From: Lama glama
Lineage: Eukaryota
Assembly (NCBI GenBank): GCA_028534125.1
Contig: CM052818.1
Span: 46,998,001 to 47,062,000, forward strand
Length of the DNA: 64,000 nt
Reading direction: 5' to 3'
This document shows positions 13,490-26,388 of the stretch, piece by piece. Position numbers and translations under genes: made by a program. Positions within the stretch are counted from its first letter, which is position 1. The number at the start of each line of letters is the position of its first letter. The notes under the pieces are model-generated. The model searched no databases, had not been told where the DNA came from, and saw only the letters and a program-made list of their open reading frames with translations.

Positions 13490-14040
13490 TGAACCCTTTG
13501 TTGCCCTAATAATGCTTAACAAACAGTTTTAAATCTCGGTGGCTTGTAGCAAACACTGATGTGCTGCAGACAGGGGTCTCTGGGTTGGCCGAGGTTCTGC
13601 TGATCTTATTAGCTTGGCCGGGCTTGCTCCATGGGTCTTATTCTGAAGTCTGTACTAAAGTGGAAGCGGCTGTCTGGGTCACGTTCCCCTCCTTCTGCAG
13701 CACTGCAACACAAAAGAACAAACCACCCAAGCATGCTCATTTATTTATTCCTGTATTTATTTTCATGGAGGTACCAGGAATTGAACACAAGACCTCATAT
13801 CTCCTAAACGTGCACTCTGCTACCGAGCTATACCCTTCCCCACCAGTTAGGTTTGTTTGTTTGCTTATTTCAGTCATACACATTTAAAAACTTTGTTTCT
13901 TTCGTGTTTGCTCACAACCCATTAGCGGAACAAGCAGCTAGCCGATCCCACAGTCAGCAGGGCAGGAAAGCATGCTCTAGTCCAAATAGAAGGGGGAGTG
14001 ACTACTTGCTAAACCATAATTCAATTCATCACTGCCAATC
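13490..14040 (-). mobile_element. Old MaLR LTR (MLT1J/K-like) interrupted by a SINE
   Basis: TAATAATGCTTAACAAAC...TCTCGGTGGCTT...GCTCACAACCCATTAGC resemble reverse MLT1; subfamily uncertain. Confidence 0.55.
13738..13841 (-). mobile_element. tRNA-derived SINE (vic-1-like)
   Basis: Minus strand GGGGAAGGGTATAGCTCGGTAGCAGAGTGCACG...GGTCTTGTGTTCAATTCCTGG plus an A-rich tail. Confidence 0.85.
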
Positions 14041-14062
14041 CGAAGGCAAGGGATTTAATTTT

Positions 14063-14893
14063 TAAAAGGCTACAAATAAATGCTGGAGAGGTAGAGAGGG
14101 TGTGGAGAAAAGGGAACCCTCCTACTCTGTTGGTGGGAATGTAAATTGGTGCAGCCACTATGGAGGACAGTACGGGGGTTGCTTGATAAGCTAAAAATAG
14201 AGTTACCATATGATCCAGCAATCCCACTCCTGGGCACATACCTGGAAAAGATAAAAACTCTAATTCAAAAAGATACATGCAGGCCAATGTTCATAGCAGC
14301 ACTATTTATAATAGCCAAGGCATGGAAGCAATCTAAGTGTCCGTCGACAGATGAGTATATAAAGAAGATGTGGTATATATACACAATGAGATATTACTCA
14401 TCAGAAAAAAGGATGAAATATTGCCATTTGCAGTAACATGGATGGACCTAGAGTTTATCATACTAAGCGAAGTCAGTCAGACAAAGAGAGACAAATATCA
14501 TAAGATATCACTTACATATGGAATCTATAAGAAAGATGCAAATAAACTTACTTACTTACAAAGCAGAAACAGACTCATAGACATAGAAAACAACTTACAG
14601 TTACCAAACAAGAAAGGAGGGGGAGGGATAAATTAGGAGTTTGGGATTAATATACACATTACTATGTATAAAATAGATAAACAATCAGGACCTACTGTAT
14701 AGCACAGGGAGCTATAGTCAATGTCTTGTAATAACCTATAATGGAACAGAATTTGAAAAATAATATATATGAGAATATAATACATATATAAGAATATAAT
14801 ATAAAAGAATACAAAGAATTTAAAACTGAATCACTTTGCTGTACACCTCAAACTAACACAACATTGTAAATCAACTATACTTCAATAAGAAAA
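14063..14893 (+). mobile_element. 5'-truncated LINE-1 (ORF2 C-terminus, 3' UTR, A-rich tail)
   Basis: ORF 14146-14436 contains LVQPLW...[13 protein letters not shown]...MFIAALFIIAKAWKQSKCPSTDEYIKKMWYIYT (L1 ORF2p C-terminus); followed by 3' UTR ending CAACTATACTTCAATAAGAAAAA. Confidence 0.95.
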
Positions 14894-16334
14894 ATTCCCA
14901 AGCTCTCCATCTGCTTTGTGGATTTCTCGTTCTTGTATAAAATATGCAAGGGAGCTTGGTCCTTCACAAGTGGAAACTGTCTAGTGCACCCTGATTAGAA
15001 TTCAAGGCCAAGCAGGGACCATTATTTGAGCTGCAGGTTTAGCTGTGTGGTATTCATACATTCCTAATGATCTTGGAAAGTGTAACGTTTTCTAATAGCT
15101 GTAAGGACAAGAGATTCTAACATGATCAACTACACATAGCATCCATGAAATTACCTTGAAGAATGGAATGATGGGTTATGCTGTTATTAACACATTGTAG
15201 GTCCCTGATTTGCAAGGTTAATGAAATTGACAAACATGTAAACCCTGCTCTCATCATCAATACTACTTAATGACAAATCTCTTGTTTTCATTTATGGAAA
15301 CTTCTGAAAAGGGGAAGACTTCATCGTTATAACCATATTTTTTGGTCCTAGTTTTAAAAAAAGAGTCTGCACAATAAGTTCTGTGTTACTTTGAATGTAG
15401 CATTATAAAATATTTTATACTGTAGGTCTATGTATAAATAAGACAGAATATAATAAGATCATTATTAATTGAAATGGCCATTTTGGGATTTTTCTGAGAA
15501 GGGTTATCGTTGCTAAGGGTGAGTGTTTTTCCCTTGGACAGATCAAAGGAAGCATCAGGACCAAGGACAACTGCCGTGGGGAAAAGAATCTTTAACGGCA
15601 GGTTGTATTCCTGCAGAAAGACCCTCCCGTCTGGGCTGGAAATGTAGTTTTTCTCCTTAAAATCGGGAAGAATGGGATGAGGAGAGGGTCTTTTTTTTTT
15701 TCCTCTCTCTCCAGATCCCTGGGTAGACTTTCAGTTTTACTGATTGGTTTTAAGCTGTTGAATCTGTATCAACAGGCTCATGAATGTCAATAAAAGTCAA
15801 ACACATAGATGGGACCTGCTTTGTTTCCTTTTCCAGGATAACAGCCCTCAACACATGGATATCATCAACATTAAGACTTTCATATAGAGAGAAAATACAA
15901 ACATATTTTGCTGCGGAGTGTCCAGACTACCTCGTCATCAATAATACGAGTGTGAATACAAACGCTGATACTACAGGACTGACAGGAGTAACGGGAACAC
16001 GGACGCCTTTACATTATAAAGAGCACTTTGTATACGTAATCGGTTTGGTCCTTTTAGAAATCCAGTGAAATTACTGAGAAAACATTGTTACTCCATTTTG
16101 TCAGTGGTGAAATGAGGTCTGGAGAGGTTATGTAGGATTTACCCCAAATGTCATGGTCAAGATGTGGGCAAGGCTGGGACTTGATAATTCTGTGCTTCTG
16201 GTGTTCCCTGACACCAGAATCTGTGCATGGAAGCAACCACAATGCAGACATGTTGAGAAGTGCCTTCCTCTGTCTAGGGTATTTTTGCAGCCCTGTTTGT
16301 TAGCTGATGTAAGCCAGCCAGCAACGCTGTGGGG

Positions 16335-16365
16335 CGTGCGTGTGTGTGCATGCGTGTGTGCATGC

Positions 16366-16402
<37 letters not shown>
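16335..16402. repeat. (TG)n microsatellite, imperfect
   Basis: Directly visible; further CA/TG tracts at ~20369, 21723, 38105 and 49645. Confidence 0.95.
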
Positions 16403-16404
<2 letters not shown>

Positions 16405-17869
16405 GCTTTCTGCCTCCAGTCGACCACGGCTCCACCTTTCAGCCTGGGGGGCCTGTCTCCATCCCCAGATCAGGTCTCAGAACTCCCTCTTCCACCTCTT
16501 AAATCATACCAGGTATGAGCCTCTCCAAGGCTGAGGATCCGACTTGAAAAGGAGCCAGCTCTCATAGCGTCATTCCTGACAGATTTCCTAATTAATCTGC
16601 TCAGATTGTCAATAATGTAATTCACTGTTGATTTCGAAACTAGTTACATGAGCCCTGCTTGTGCCGTTGTGGGAAAACATCTGAATAATTCAGCTAATAG
16701 ATGGGGAACCAACCCAGATCGCTGGGGCGCGGGGGAGGGAACAGCTAATTTGAATGAGATGAGCTCAGGCAGGGTGACTCCAGCAAATTCCAGGGAGCAG
16801 GGAGAGGTGGTCATATCACCGGGGGCAGCAGCTGCCTGGTTTAATGATTGTCATTTCGGTTTCTGGAAAGAAGAGCACGTGCCCCGCACTCTCACAGGTA
16901 GAGGCCATCAACACGCTCTTGACAAACACCTTGGAACTTCAGGGAATTTCAGGGATCTGGTCGATAACTAGCTCTGAGCTGCACTCACATGTTACAGGGT
17001 CTTATTCTTGCTCTGCAATTTTATTTTTGTATGATTCTTACTGAAATATGTGTCCTTATGAATCAGCGTCATCAAAGGAATACGAAAGTGACTCCTTTAT
17101 TTTTTTCTGAGTAATGCCTAGTTATCCGGGTGTTTCCCAGAATCGGATAGATGTGTCTTGAGATTATGGTGATCACTCTTTTCACACCAAAACTTGAGGC
17201 TGGGTCAAAAATGAAGTTTATAGATTGGTGAGTCTAATTATGCGAAAAGGCTTCCACAAACATAAGAACTCAATCACTTTCTGTTTTATACTTAGCATTT
17301 CACTTTTATTGAAAATAGTAAAATTATATGGAGTTGAGCTGTTGTTATACTACATTTTTCGCTGTGGCAGTTAGGGTTTTACCAGCCCTTAAGTGCAGAT
17401 GAGTTAGTGCTTGAGTGTAAATGTTAGTAAGAATCATGATGCTTTTGATAGATGTTAATTCAGTTGCATTTCTCTGCAGAGTTTCACACTTTTCTTCTGT
17501 TTCTCTCTCTCTTCCTTCCCCAACCATCCTCCCATGAGGAACCTCATCTACACACACACACCCCCTCCTCTCTCTCCCAACTTTCTATCCTCAGCCCTTC
17601 AAAGGGAGGGGAAGGCCAAATAGAGTCCAGTTCTGATACAATGACACTGACAAGCTTCTAACAGGTGAGGGTCATTCCGCTTGGGACCTGTTGCCTTATT
17701 ATACTGGAGGGAAGTCAGGTCTGATTTTACATCCTAAAGCGCATTGGGAACCTTGGGGGTCAGAATTGACTTTCAGCGGGCAGAGCAAACAGAACGTCAG
17801 CAGAGGGTTCCTGAATGAATCAGTGATGGAGTAACAAGAGTGCTATCTTGAAATAAACTGGGTTTCTGA

Positions 17870-18250
17870 CGACTGCTCCATGGTCACCAGGGACCCAGCC
17901 TCCTTCTGTCTTTCTGCTCCCCCATCTCAGCTAGTGGTTTGCTCACATCTGATGGTTACCTCACGGTCAAGCAACTTGTGGGTGTCGGAGATATGACATA
18001 CATATTTCAGAGAGCAGAGAAGAGGAAGAGGATGAAAAGTCAACCACTGCCTTCCCTTCTGCTTTGATTAAGCAGACTTTCTAGATGCCCTCCCTCACCC
18101 CACCTACACACACTTCATTTGCACATCCTTGGCCAGAGCTCAGAGGCCATGCTTAGCTGCAGAAGGGCTGACAAACGCCATCCTTTCAGACAGGCACACA
18201 TTACACTGCCGTTCTGGCACAGGGAGGGAGGGGAACTGGATAGTTGAGAG
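17870..18250 (-). mobile_element. Old MaLR LTR remnant (MLT1J-like)
   Basis: CACCAGGGACCCAGCCTCCTTCTGTCTTTCTGCTCC...CATCCTTGGCCAGAGCT...CTTAGCTGCAGAAGGGCTG. Confidence 0.55.
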
Positions 18251-19023
18251 CCTACAGCTGTCTCATGAGACCTAACCTATTCCTGCAGACAGTGGACGCT
18301 TCAGGACAGTTATCCGAGCTCTGATGAAACCACAAGTAAATGCTTCCTATTTTCCCAAAGTGCCTGAGTATCTTGAATTGAGAAAATAATTTGAAAGGAC
18401 TATTGTTCAATGAGAGTCTAAGAGGAGGGGAGAGGGCGTCTATCACGGCTGGCTGCGACTTACACTGTAGATATTCTCAGCTCCAACCAGGGAGGGGAGC
18501 GAGGAGAGATGCTCTGAGCTGTGGGTAGATGGGGTGACAGGTCCCTGAGTGTCCTAATGATGTTGGTTATTTGGAGATGGTTTGTCTATTATTGAAAAAT
18601 TAATTTGTTATTATTTATATGTGTCACACTCACATTCTCTGGCAGTGTATTCCCTGGGAACCTAATTTGTAAATAATTACTTGTCAGAAGGGAACATGGC
18701 TGGAAAATTCTGACTATGCAGAGGCAGAGGCAGGCCCCCCGAGAGGGGATTTTAGCTGAAAGGCCAAACACCTAAATGGTCAAATCACAACTTCTCATCT
18801 CTCAGCAGTTAACAGCTAATAGGGACCCTAGTTTAAAAAGCAAATTCTCAGGCTCTGGACACAGTGGACAGACTTTGCAGTCATTAGCAGAGGTGCTGGG
18901 AGCAGCTGTCCTACTGGGAGTGAGAATGAAATGTTTCTGCCCCTTCCCCTCCCCACACCGGAGAGCGGCAGCTGGGAGGGGCAGAGTGAGGGAGTTGGGT
19001 GTCTGGGATAGTGGGGAAGGCAA

Positions 19024-19404
19024 TACTACGGGCTGAACATCTGTGCCCCCTCAGATTCACATGTGAAGCCCTAACCTCCAGTGTGGCTAAATTTGGAAAT
19101 GGAGTCTAGATAATTAGGAAGTAATTAAGGTTAAATGAGGTCATAAGGATGGAGCCCTGGTCCAATAGGATTCGTGCCCTTATAAGAAGAGGAAGAGATA
19201 CCAGAGATCTCTGTCCACGGGCGCCTAGGAAAGTCATGTGAGGACACCATGAAAAGAGAGACTCCAGAGAGTCCACGCTGGAAACTGACCTGGCCAGATC
19301 ATGGTCTCGGACTTCCCACCTCCAGAACTGGGAGGAGAAAAGTGCCTGCTGTTTACGCTGATGACCCGTCTGTGGTCTGGTAGCAACGCGGGCAGAGTCA
19401 GCGA
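19024..19404 (+). mobile_element. MaLR solo LTR (MLT1A/MLT1B-like)
   Basis: AAGGTTAAATGAGGTCATAAGG, CCCTTATAAGAAGAGG, GGACTTCCCACCTCCAGAACTG hallmark MLT1 motifs. Confidence 0.88.
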
Positions 19405-22400
19405 GGTGGTGGAGTGGAGGTGGTGCCTCAGAGTGAACATCAAAGCCAGAGCCAGACCCTCGCTCAGCCCTCCCCCGAGTCTTCCTGCAGCTGCCGCGTG
19501 GGCGCATGTTCCGCAGCAATGCCCCTGTCGCCGCCCACGCCCTGGGCCCCTTCCCCAGATGTGCTCTCTGCAGGGAGTGCCCGGCTCTTTCTTCCCCTCT
19601 TGAGTCGTCCTTTGGATAATTCATCTCAGCAGAGTCACTGAGGACCTACTAAGACCCAATGCGGTGCTACAAGAGCTGGAAGAAAGACAGCGCCCCAGTT
19701 CTCACGGTGACCCGTCAAAGGGCTGAACACAGGCAACAGGGCGTAGGGAGCACCTGCTGGGGGTCAGGGGCTGTTGTAAGCATAGAAAATCGCTTGAGGC
19801 TCATAATAACCTCAAGGGTAGAGGCCAGTATTGCCCCATTTTACAGGCAAGAAAGAGGCTCTGAGGAAGTGGTTGCTCCAAGGACAGCAGCGGGTAAGTG
19901 GCAGAGACGGGAATGACAGCCAGGCGGTCGGCACCAGCCCTGCCCTCCATCCCGCTGTGAAGTAGGTCCTGACCGCCCGGTGGAGAGGCGCTTCCACTCC
20001 TCAAGCCCGAGACTCTGGGAGCACCATGCGGGGGACCCTCTCAGGTCTGGCGGGTCAGGGAACGTCTCCCTGAGGAAGTTGTGTTCCAGCAGAGATCTGA
20101 AGGGCTCCAAACTCCAAAATTTTCCTTTGAAGAATTGTTTTTGGACAGAATTAACACACCAAACTGAGAGATGGTTGAAGAAGTGGCAGGAGGTTTCTGG
20201 TAAACAGTGTCTCCCGAACGATACTTGGAAATAAGTAACTCAAAGTCACGATTTCAATTACAGTATTGACAGTGATGTTTGCATGTCTTTCTAAGTGAAA
20301 TAGAAGTTTTGGGTTTCTTTTTCTTCTTCTTTTCCATTTTCTGGAGTGCTGTTTGAAGCTATGAGCATGCACACACACACACACACACACGCACACGGAG
20401 CCGTCCTTTCAGAAAGGAGCGACAACACTCAACACGGAGGATCCTGCACGACAAACTCTTCTTCAGTTAGATTCCACGTGAACAAGTGTTGACGTTCAGT
20501 TTACGCCTCTGACGTGAGTCACTGAGTGCTCTGGTTCTTAGTCTATTTGTTCCGTCTTGAGGAAAATGGATCGAATATAGGCTTACCCAACCATGATGTG
20601 GTGCCCTGATGCCTCCAATATGGGACTGATGAAATCTGAGTGCCTGGTATTATCTCACAGGAATATAAAAATTTGATTTGGTCCATAGCCAGCTTCCCTC
20701 CTGCTTTGGAACATGAGCTGAACATCTGGGGAAAACTCTCAACTCATTAACTGCAGCCTTGGACATTTGCATAATACCTGATTTATCCAAATTGGACTCC
20801 ACGTTTGCAGTTTTGGCCTCAGATACAGGTTTTATAGTTTATTACAATAACGAATCTTGTTTTACTATCTTCCATCTTTTAATTTTTTGAGCTGTTGTGC
20901 AGAACTGGGGCTCAGTTTTTAAAAACTCAGAATGAGACAGCCGTATTTATTTCTAATCTAAAATTTCAGATTTCCAAACTTCCCCAGTTGCCGTAGCCTT
21001 TGCTTCTTGTTCGGAGAGATTGTCTTGAGACATCTTGTCCTGGAGCCAGAAGTTTAAAGCCCGTTCTTTCTCCACAGCAGGCCCCAGGGCGTCTCTGAAC
21101 CTCCCTCACACTCTGCGCACAAACTCTGTGTGTTTACGAAGTTTCGTGTTTATTTCTAAAGAGGAGACCCATGTTTTCATCAGACATTTAGAGTGACCCA
21201 TGGCCGCCAGGGGTTAAAAACCTGTTTTAAAGTGATTTCCCAGGATTTTGAAAGTAGAAAGGATCTGAGACGCCATTTAAAAGAAATTCTGATTTTGCAG
21301 ATGGGGAAACAGGCTCTGAGAGACGTAATCATTTTTCTCAGGCCAACGCAAGATGGTGACAAAATCGCACGAACCCCCAGCAGCAGGACTTCGATTTTCT
21401 CTGAGTTCGTAAGTAGAGCAACTTTCCATGGTTCTTCATCTCATCCAGGACTTAGTTCTGGGAGACGTGATAATCTCTGTGCCCAGGGAGTTGGGGTGGT
21501 AGACGTGTGCTGAATGGACCACTTTCCCCCTCTGCCTGTTTTGGTAGTGTACCCTGGCAGCTGGGAGGTATCCAGGCATCTCACCCCACAGGTCTGTCCA
21601 GAAAGTCCCATTCACACTGTTAAACCGCCCACCATGCAAATGCCCAGGGCTGTTCTTTGTGGCCATTAAGAATTGTCACACCTCGGGCAGTGCTCCCCTG
21701 TGCATTTGTGTATCCCCCTGCACGTGTGTGTGTGTGTGCATGTGCTAATGCAATTGCAAAACAAGCAGCAAATGCCCATAATAGGGAATCGATAGAAAAA
21801 GTCTCACATTCCACTTTTGTTTAACACTTGGCTTCCAAAAGTGTTTTTAAGAAGGTATGTATTTCGGGATATATTCTTGAGCCTGGATGGGTGCCCTTAC
21901 AGATCAAAGTGTGGACTCGATCTAGCTTTTTGTTGCAAGATGTAAGCCTGGGGAACTTCAAACACATTGGAAATTTACTAATCAGCTGTAATCATAGCAA
22001 GGGATATAAACACTCTCCAAGGGTGGCTTCACATGGGGAGGATGCAACCATTGGCTGGGGGGAGCTGGGGTGGATCTCGGGGAGACTAACCATGGTCATG
22101 GCCAAGTCTGCTCCAGCATAGACTGAGTTTTAAGAAAGTGCAGACTCAGGAATTGTTAGATTGGAAGACAGTTCAGAGAACATGGAGCACGAAACTTGCA
22201 TTTTACCAGGTCAGTAAACTCAGGCCCCCAAAGAAGTGACTGGCTCAGCGGCAGGTCGGAGAGGAAGCCCCAGCCGGGGGTCTTGCCTTGGGTGGTGCCA
22301 TCTGGTACCGTTGGGCCGTGTTAGGTGACACTGTAGAGTGAGCACCGGGGGGCACACACGTCTCTCACCTGCTTGGTCCTGCAATACTGAAAAAAACCTG

Positions 22401-22429
22401 CAAAACTGACATCACAATAAAGGTAACAG

Positions 22430-22600
22430 GCAGCAAGGAGGGACAGCGTGCTGAGCACTGTATGACAACTGTCCTGTTCACTCTGCAGCCATACTGGGAG
22501 GAAGGTGGCCCCATCATCATTGTCATTTTGCAGATGAGAAAACTGAGGTTCTGGGTGGTTAAGAAGCTTGTTCAAACGGCATGATGTGTGAGTGGCCAGG
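22430..22600 (-). mobile_element. MIR SINE
   Basis: CATTTTGCAGATGAGAAAACTGAGGTTCTGGGTGGTTAAG; further MIR remnants at ~43200, 46900, 51900, 52500, 56150 and 63900. Confidence 0.75.
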
Positions 22601-23192
22601 CTGGAACGCCCAGTGGTGAGTTTGTAAAGACCGTGCTCTGCGAGACTCCCTTGCCCCTCTGCATGTCTGCTTTTTGTTTTATTTTCCCCCAGAGCACACT
22701 CAAACTTCTCTGTCTCACAGAGAAGGATGTCAAGGGCTCTCACTCCCACTGGGCAAAAACTCAAGTCAATCTACACACAGCCTGGATTCCTGAGATGTCA
22801 TGGGCCCAGGAGGGTGGGTCCATTCCAGGCAGGACAGGGTTTGACCTACAGGTTCTTTATTTCCTCCACTGACCACCTGCTTCTCTAGTATCCTCTTTCA
22901 GCAGGGTGTTGATCTCTTGGACTAGAGACCTTTTATATCAACCGATAAATTGATTTATAGCAATTGGACCATATTCTTTACAATAATTTGCATTTTATTT
23001 CCAAACAAAATGAGAATTTGGGGTCCATCCCTGTTTATTGCTTTCATGTTTTGATTCACAGTCACTTTGATTTGTGTGCCAAGCTCTGAAGAGGCAGAGG
23101 TGAGCATGACACAGCCCTGAACTCTTGGTGCCTCTGTCACTCAGCTCCGACTTGCATTGCTTTGATTGCTGACTAAGGGGTGGGAGGGGACC

Positions 23193-23529
23193 TGTTGGCC
23201 TGAATTACATAGACTGCCAGTTATTTCTCCAGCAAAAATGAGTTTATTTAGGATCAGCAAAGAATTGCAGTTTGGGGTCTGCAACCTTGGCAAGCCACTT
23301 GCAAGAGTCTACCAGCAAGGGAAGGAGACCGCCTTTATAGAGGGGAAAAGGAAGTGGGGAGGGCTGTGAAAAGTAAAGAGTCCCTGGCTTTCCATTGGCT
23401 GAGCTCTTGCCAGGAAAGAAGAGGAGTCTTTCTCCTTCCTCCTGGGCTCTGCTTCCTTGGCAGGGCATGGGGGCTCCCCCTTCTGGTCTCCCAACTCTAA
23501 TCGGGGTTTCTGTTTATTAATTTTTTACA
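23193..23529 (-). mobile_element. ERV1-class solo LTR (337 bp)
   Basis: TG...CA termini; 4-bp TSD GACC at 23189-23192 and 23530-23533; on the minus strand CCAAT, then TATA-like CTATAAAG, then AATAAA, in U3-R order. Confidence 0.85.
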
Positions 23530-25409
23530 GACCAAACACCGGGAGGAACAGAAACCAGAGAATGGGGCTCAGCAGGACCCTCCCTGTTGACCTCGGAACT
23601 GCTGGGGCATCTTCTTGTTTCCTGTCACTCGCCAGCAGGAGCCGAGTTTGAACTGATTTCTTGCCTTTTGGCCTTTTGGGTGGGTCCCACCTATGTTGGC
23701 CCAGCAAGGACTGTGCCCCCTGTTTGAGCTATTCTTGCACAAACCCAAGGGGCTGCTCAGTGCTCGGGGGACTCAGGGCTAGCTGGTAGACTTTGCCCAC
23801 GCTGGTGACGACAGTGGGAGAAGGGGTGAGCGGTGGTGGGCGGTGCCCCATCTCGCAGGGGGGCTGGGTCTCTGGGAAGGATGCATCTCACCATATGGGC
23901 TGCTTTGTAAGGGTGCAGGTGTCACCATTCTCAGCCTCCAGCCCTGGCCTCTGGGTTGGGCACACAAGTCCTAAGGTTGCCCTGGAGAATCTTCACCTCT
24001 TAGCCCGGAACCTGGATGATCAGGGGGTCTGGGCGGGTGATTTCGGCCAAAAGTTACTGTCATCTACAGTATTTAGAATTTCTTCCCTTAAAGCAGAATC
24101 AAAATACTAGCAAAAGTCAAGCCTTCTTGACAGGTAATGACAGAGAATATGACCTTTCAGTTTAAGTATGTCACGGAAAATAACACACTTAAACACTGGT
24201 GAAAAAAATATAATTAAAAAAAGAATGATCTCTTGATTAACAATTAGTGTTCTTTGGAAAGATCCCAGAACATTAAAACAACTTCGTAATTTATGTTCCT
24301 CTCTAATAATACATGATTTCTCAATGCTCTATACACATGATCAATTTTAGTCCTTTTAACAAAATTCAACTTCAGCTTTCCTAGCCCCGCTCACCACTGG
24401 GGAAGCAGTTGTAAGTTCAGGTAAGAGGTTCCCCAGCCAGGAATCAGCAGGTCTGGGACCGAAGCACACGGCTGCTCTCGCTGGTGTGTGCTGGGTCCTC
24501 AGGTCCCTGCTCCCAGCTTTTCTGCCTCCGGGAGCCCTTCTGACCGGCAGCAGCACAGGGGAGCTCTCTGCCGGGGCGGGAGAGTGGGTGGCAACAGCCG
24601 TCCTCACGTGGGGGGCAGCTGCGTTCGCCCGCCCGTTTCCACACATCTCTCATTTGACCTGCACGAGGACCCCGCGAGACCGAGCTTGTTACTTTCATGA
24701 TCCTTCTTTGCAGACACGGAACCGAGGAGGGTGGAGTAACCGTCTCCAAGGAGGCCAGTTCCTGCTTCTTCGCTCTGCGTGTCCACAGCAAAGCCTGCTG
24801 GTTCAGACAGCGTTCTGCCCACCGGCCCACACCGCCCAGGGTTGTGGGGCCCTCCCGACTCACTGCACTGAGCACGTCTGACTGTGTCTGCATCTTCCGC
24901 TTCACGCCTTTCCATCACGTTTACCATAAATAGTAGGATCTCTCCAGATCTTCACCTCAGACGGCCATGCTGCCTGCTGTGGGGTCCCTTCCCTGGGGTA
25001 CAGAACCGCTAAACTGCCCAGAAAAACCGACCATGTAACCACCCATGAGGGATACGAATGACTTTCTTGATGATTTCACTGATTCATTCGACACTTGGTG
25101 CTGCCATGTGAGGCCCTGAGGGTCCTGAGATGCGTAAGACCACGCAGCCCTGGGGACATCTAGGTGTGGTGTGAAGAAGGCGAGGTACGAAAGAGCAAAC
25201 CGCTTCTTAGGAGCGCAGAGAAGCGGGTGGAGGGTCCCTAGCGCGCTGCGCCGCCGTGGGTGCGGTGGGCTGATGTTCTCAAATGCGAACTGAAGTTTCC
25301 TCTTTCACCCCGGAGTTCTTTGTTCCCTTTGCTGTTCCTCTCATTCAAACAGGACCTGCCTCTCCTCTTTATCGCAGGTAAGGGGGTGAGAACAGAAAGG
25401 GAGCAGAAA

Positions 25410-25820
25410 GCAGTCCTGTTTGGGCTGAAGTGGAGCAGGGGTGCCTCTCCGGGGCGGAGGCAGCCGCCTCCCTTGCTGGGAATGATGCTGCTGACGGCTC
25501 ACGGCTGAGCCGCTCACTGGGCAGCAGGCTGTGCAGCGGGAACTGTCCAGCAGGGCCGGCCGTGCTCTGTGACTGGCAGGAAGACGAAGGCTCGGCCCCC
25601 TGCCCTCAACCTGAGCCGACTCTGCTGGGCCATTTCAGCCCCAGGGACCCCTGAGGCTTGGCTGGAGGTGGCCTCTGTTGTCACCTCACTTCAAGTCACT
25701 TTCTCCTTCTGCAGAATCCTTTCTTTCTTACTTCTTTACAGGTGAGTCTCCCAAGAACACTTCCCAGTAAAGCTCCAGCACGCAGGTTTCCATCCCAGAC
25801 TCTGGGAGACCTCAAGGCAG
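25410..25820 (+). mobile_element. 5' LTR of ERV-L provirus (LTR16-like)
   Basis: GCTGCTGACGGCTC..GCTGAG, GGCCTCTGTTG, GAACACTTCCCAGTAAAGCTCCAGCACGC resemble LTR16; shares AGAACACTTCCCAGT (25754/30194) and CAGACTCTG (25796/30236) at identical spacing with the 3' LTR. Confidence 0.8.
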
Positions 25821-26184
25821 CTGACGTTGGCAGTGGTGTGAGAAGTGGCTTCTCAGTGGAAAAGTGGAGCTGGAGCGCACGCCGCTGTCCCCGAGGACCC
25901 TGTCACTGGTGCTAAGTGGAGCATGGTTGGCGCTGGAGAGGCACGAGGGAAACGGTGGCTAGAAGGTTCCTGGGATGACGGGGTGGCCGTGGCTGAGGGA
26001 TGCTGATTTGCTGAAGAGAGAATGACAGGCTTTCGGTGACTCATCACCTGTTTAAGGCAAAGCACCTCCGTGGCAGCATTTAAGCAAATCTCTGTTCTGC
26101 AGCTGGAAGACAGGCCAACTGGAGGGCCGGTCTTAACCCCAAGAATAGCAGAGTTTTAGAGAAGGGTTAAGTTCTTCAAGGTCA

Positions 26185-26388
26185 ATGAAACTAAAAATCA
26201 ACCACAGAAAGAGAAATGAGAAAAAAAAGATTACATGGAGACTAAACAACATGCTATTAAAAAACCCCAGTGGGTTAACGATGAAATCAAAGAGGAAATA
26301 AAAAAATTACCTTGAGACAAACAGCAACGAAAATACAGCCAGACAAGATGTATGGGATGCAGCACAAGCTGTTCCAAGAGGGAAATTC
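26185..26388 (+). mobile_element. Internal LINE-1 ORF2 fragment nested in ERV-L gag
   Basis: Translates with two frameshifts to MKLKINHRKRNEKKKITWRLNNMLLKN/QWVNDEIKEEIKK/YLETNSNENTARQDVWDAAQAVPRGKF, the ORF2p segment just after the endonuclease domain; no 3' UTR or poly(A). Confidence 0.93.

Noticed and set aside
14146..14636. ORFs with protein-like sequence
   Set aside because: They are the frameshifted C-terminus of L1 ORF2 in a truncated element
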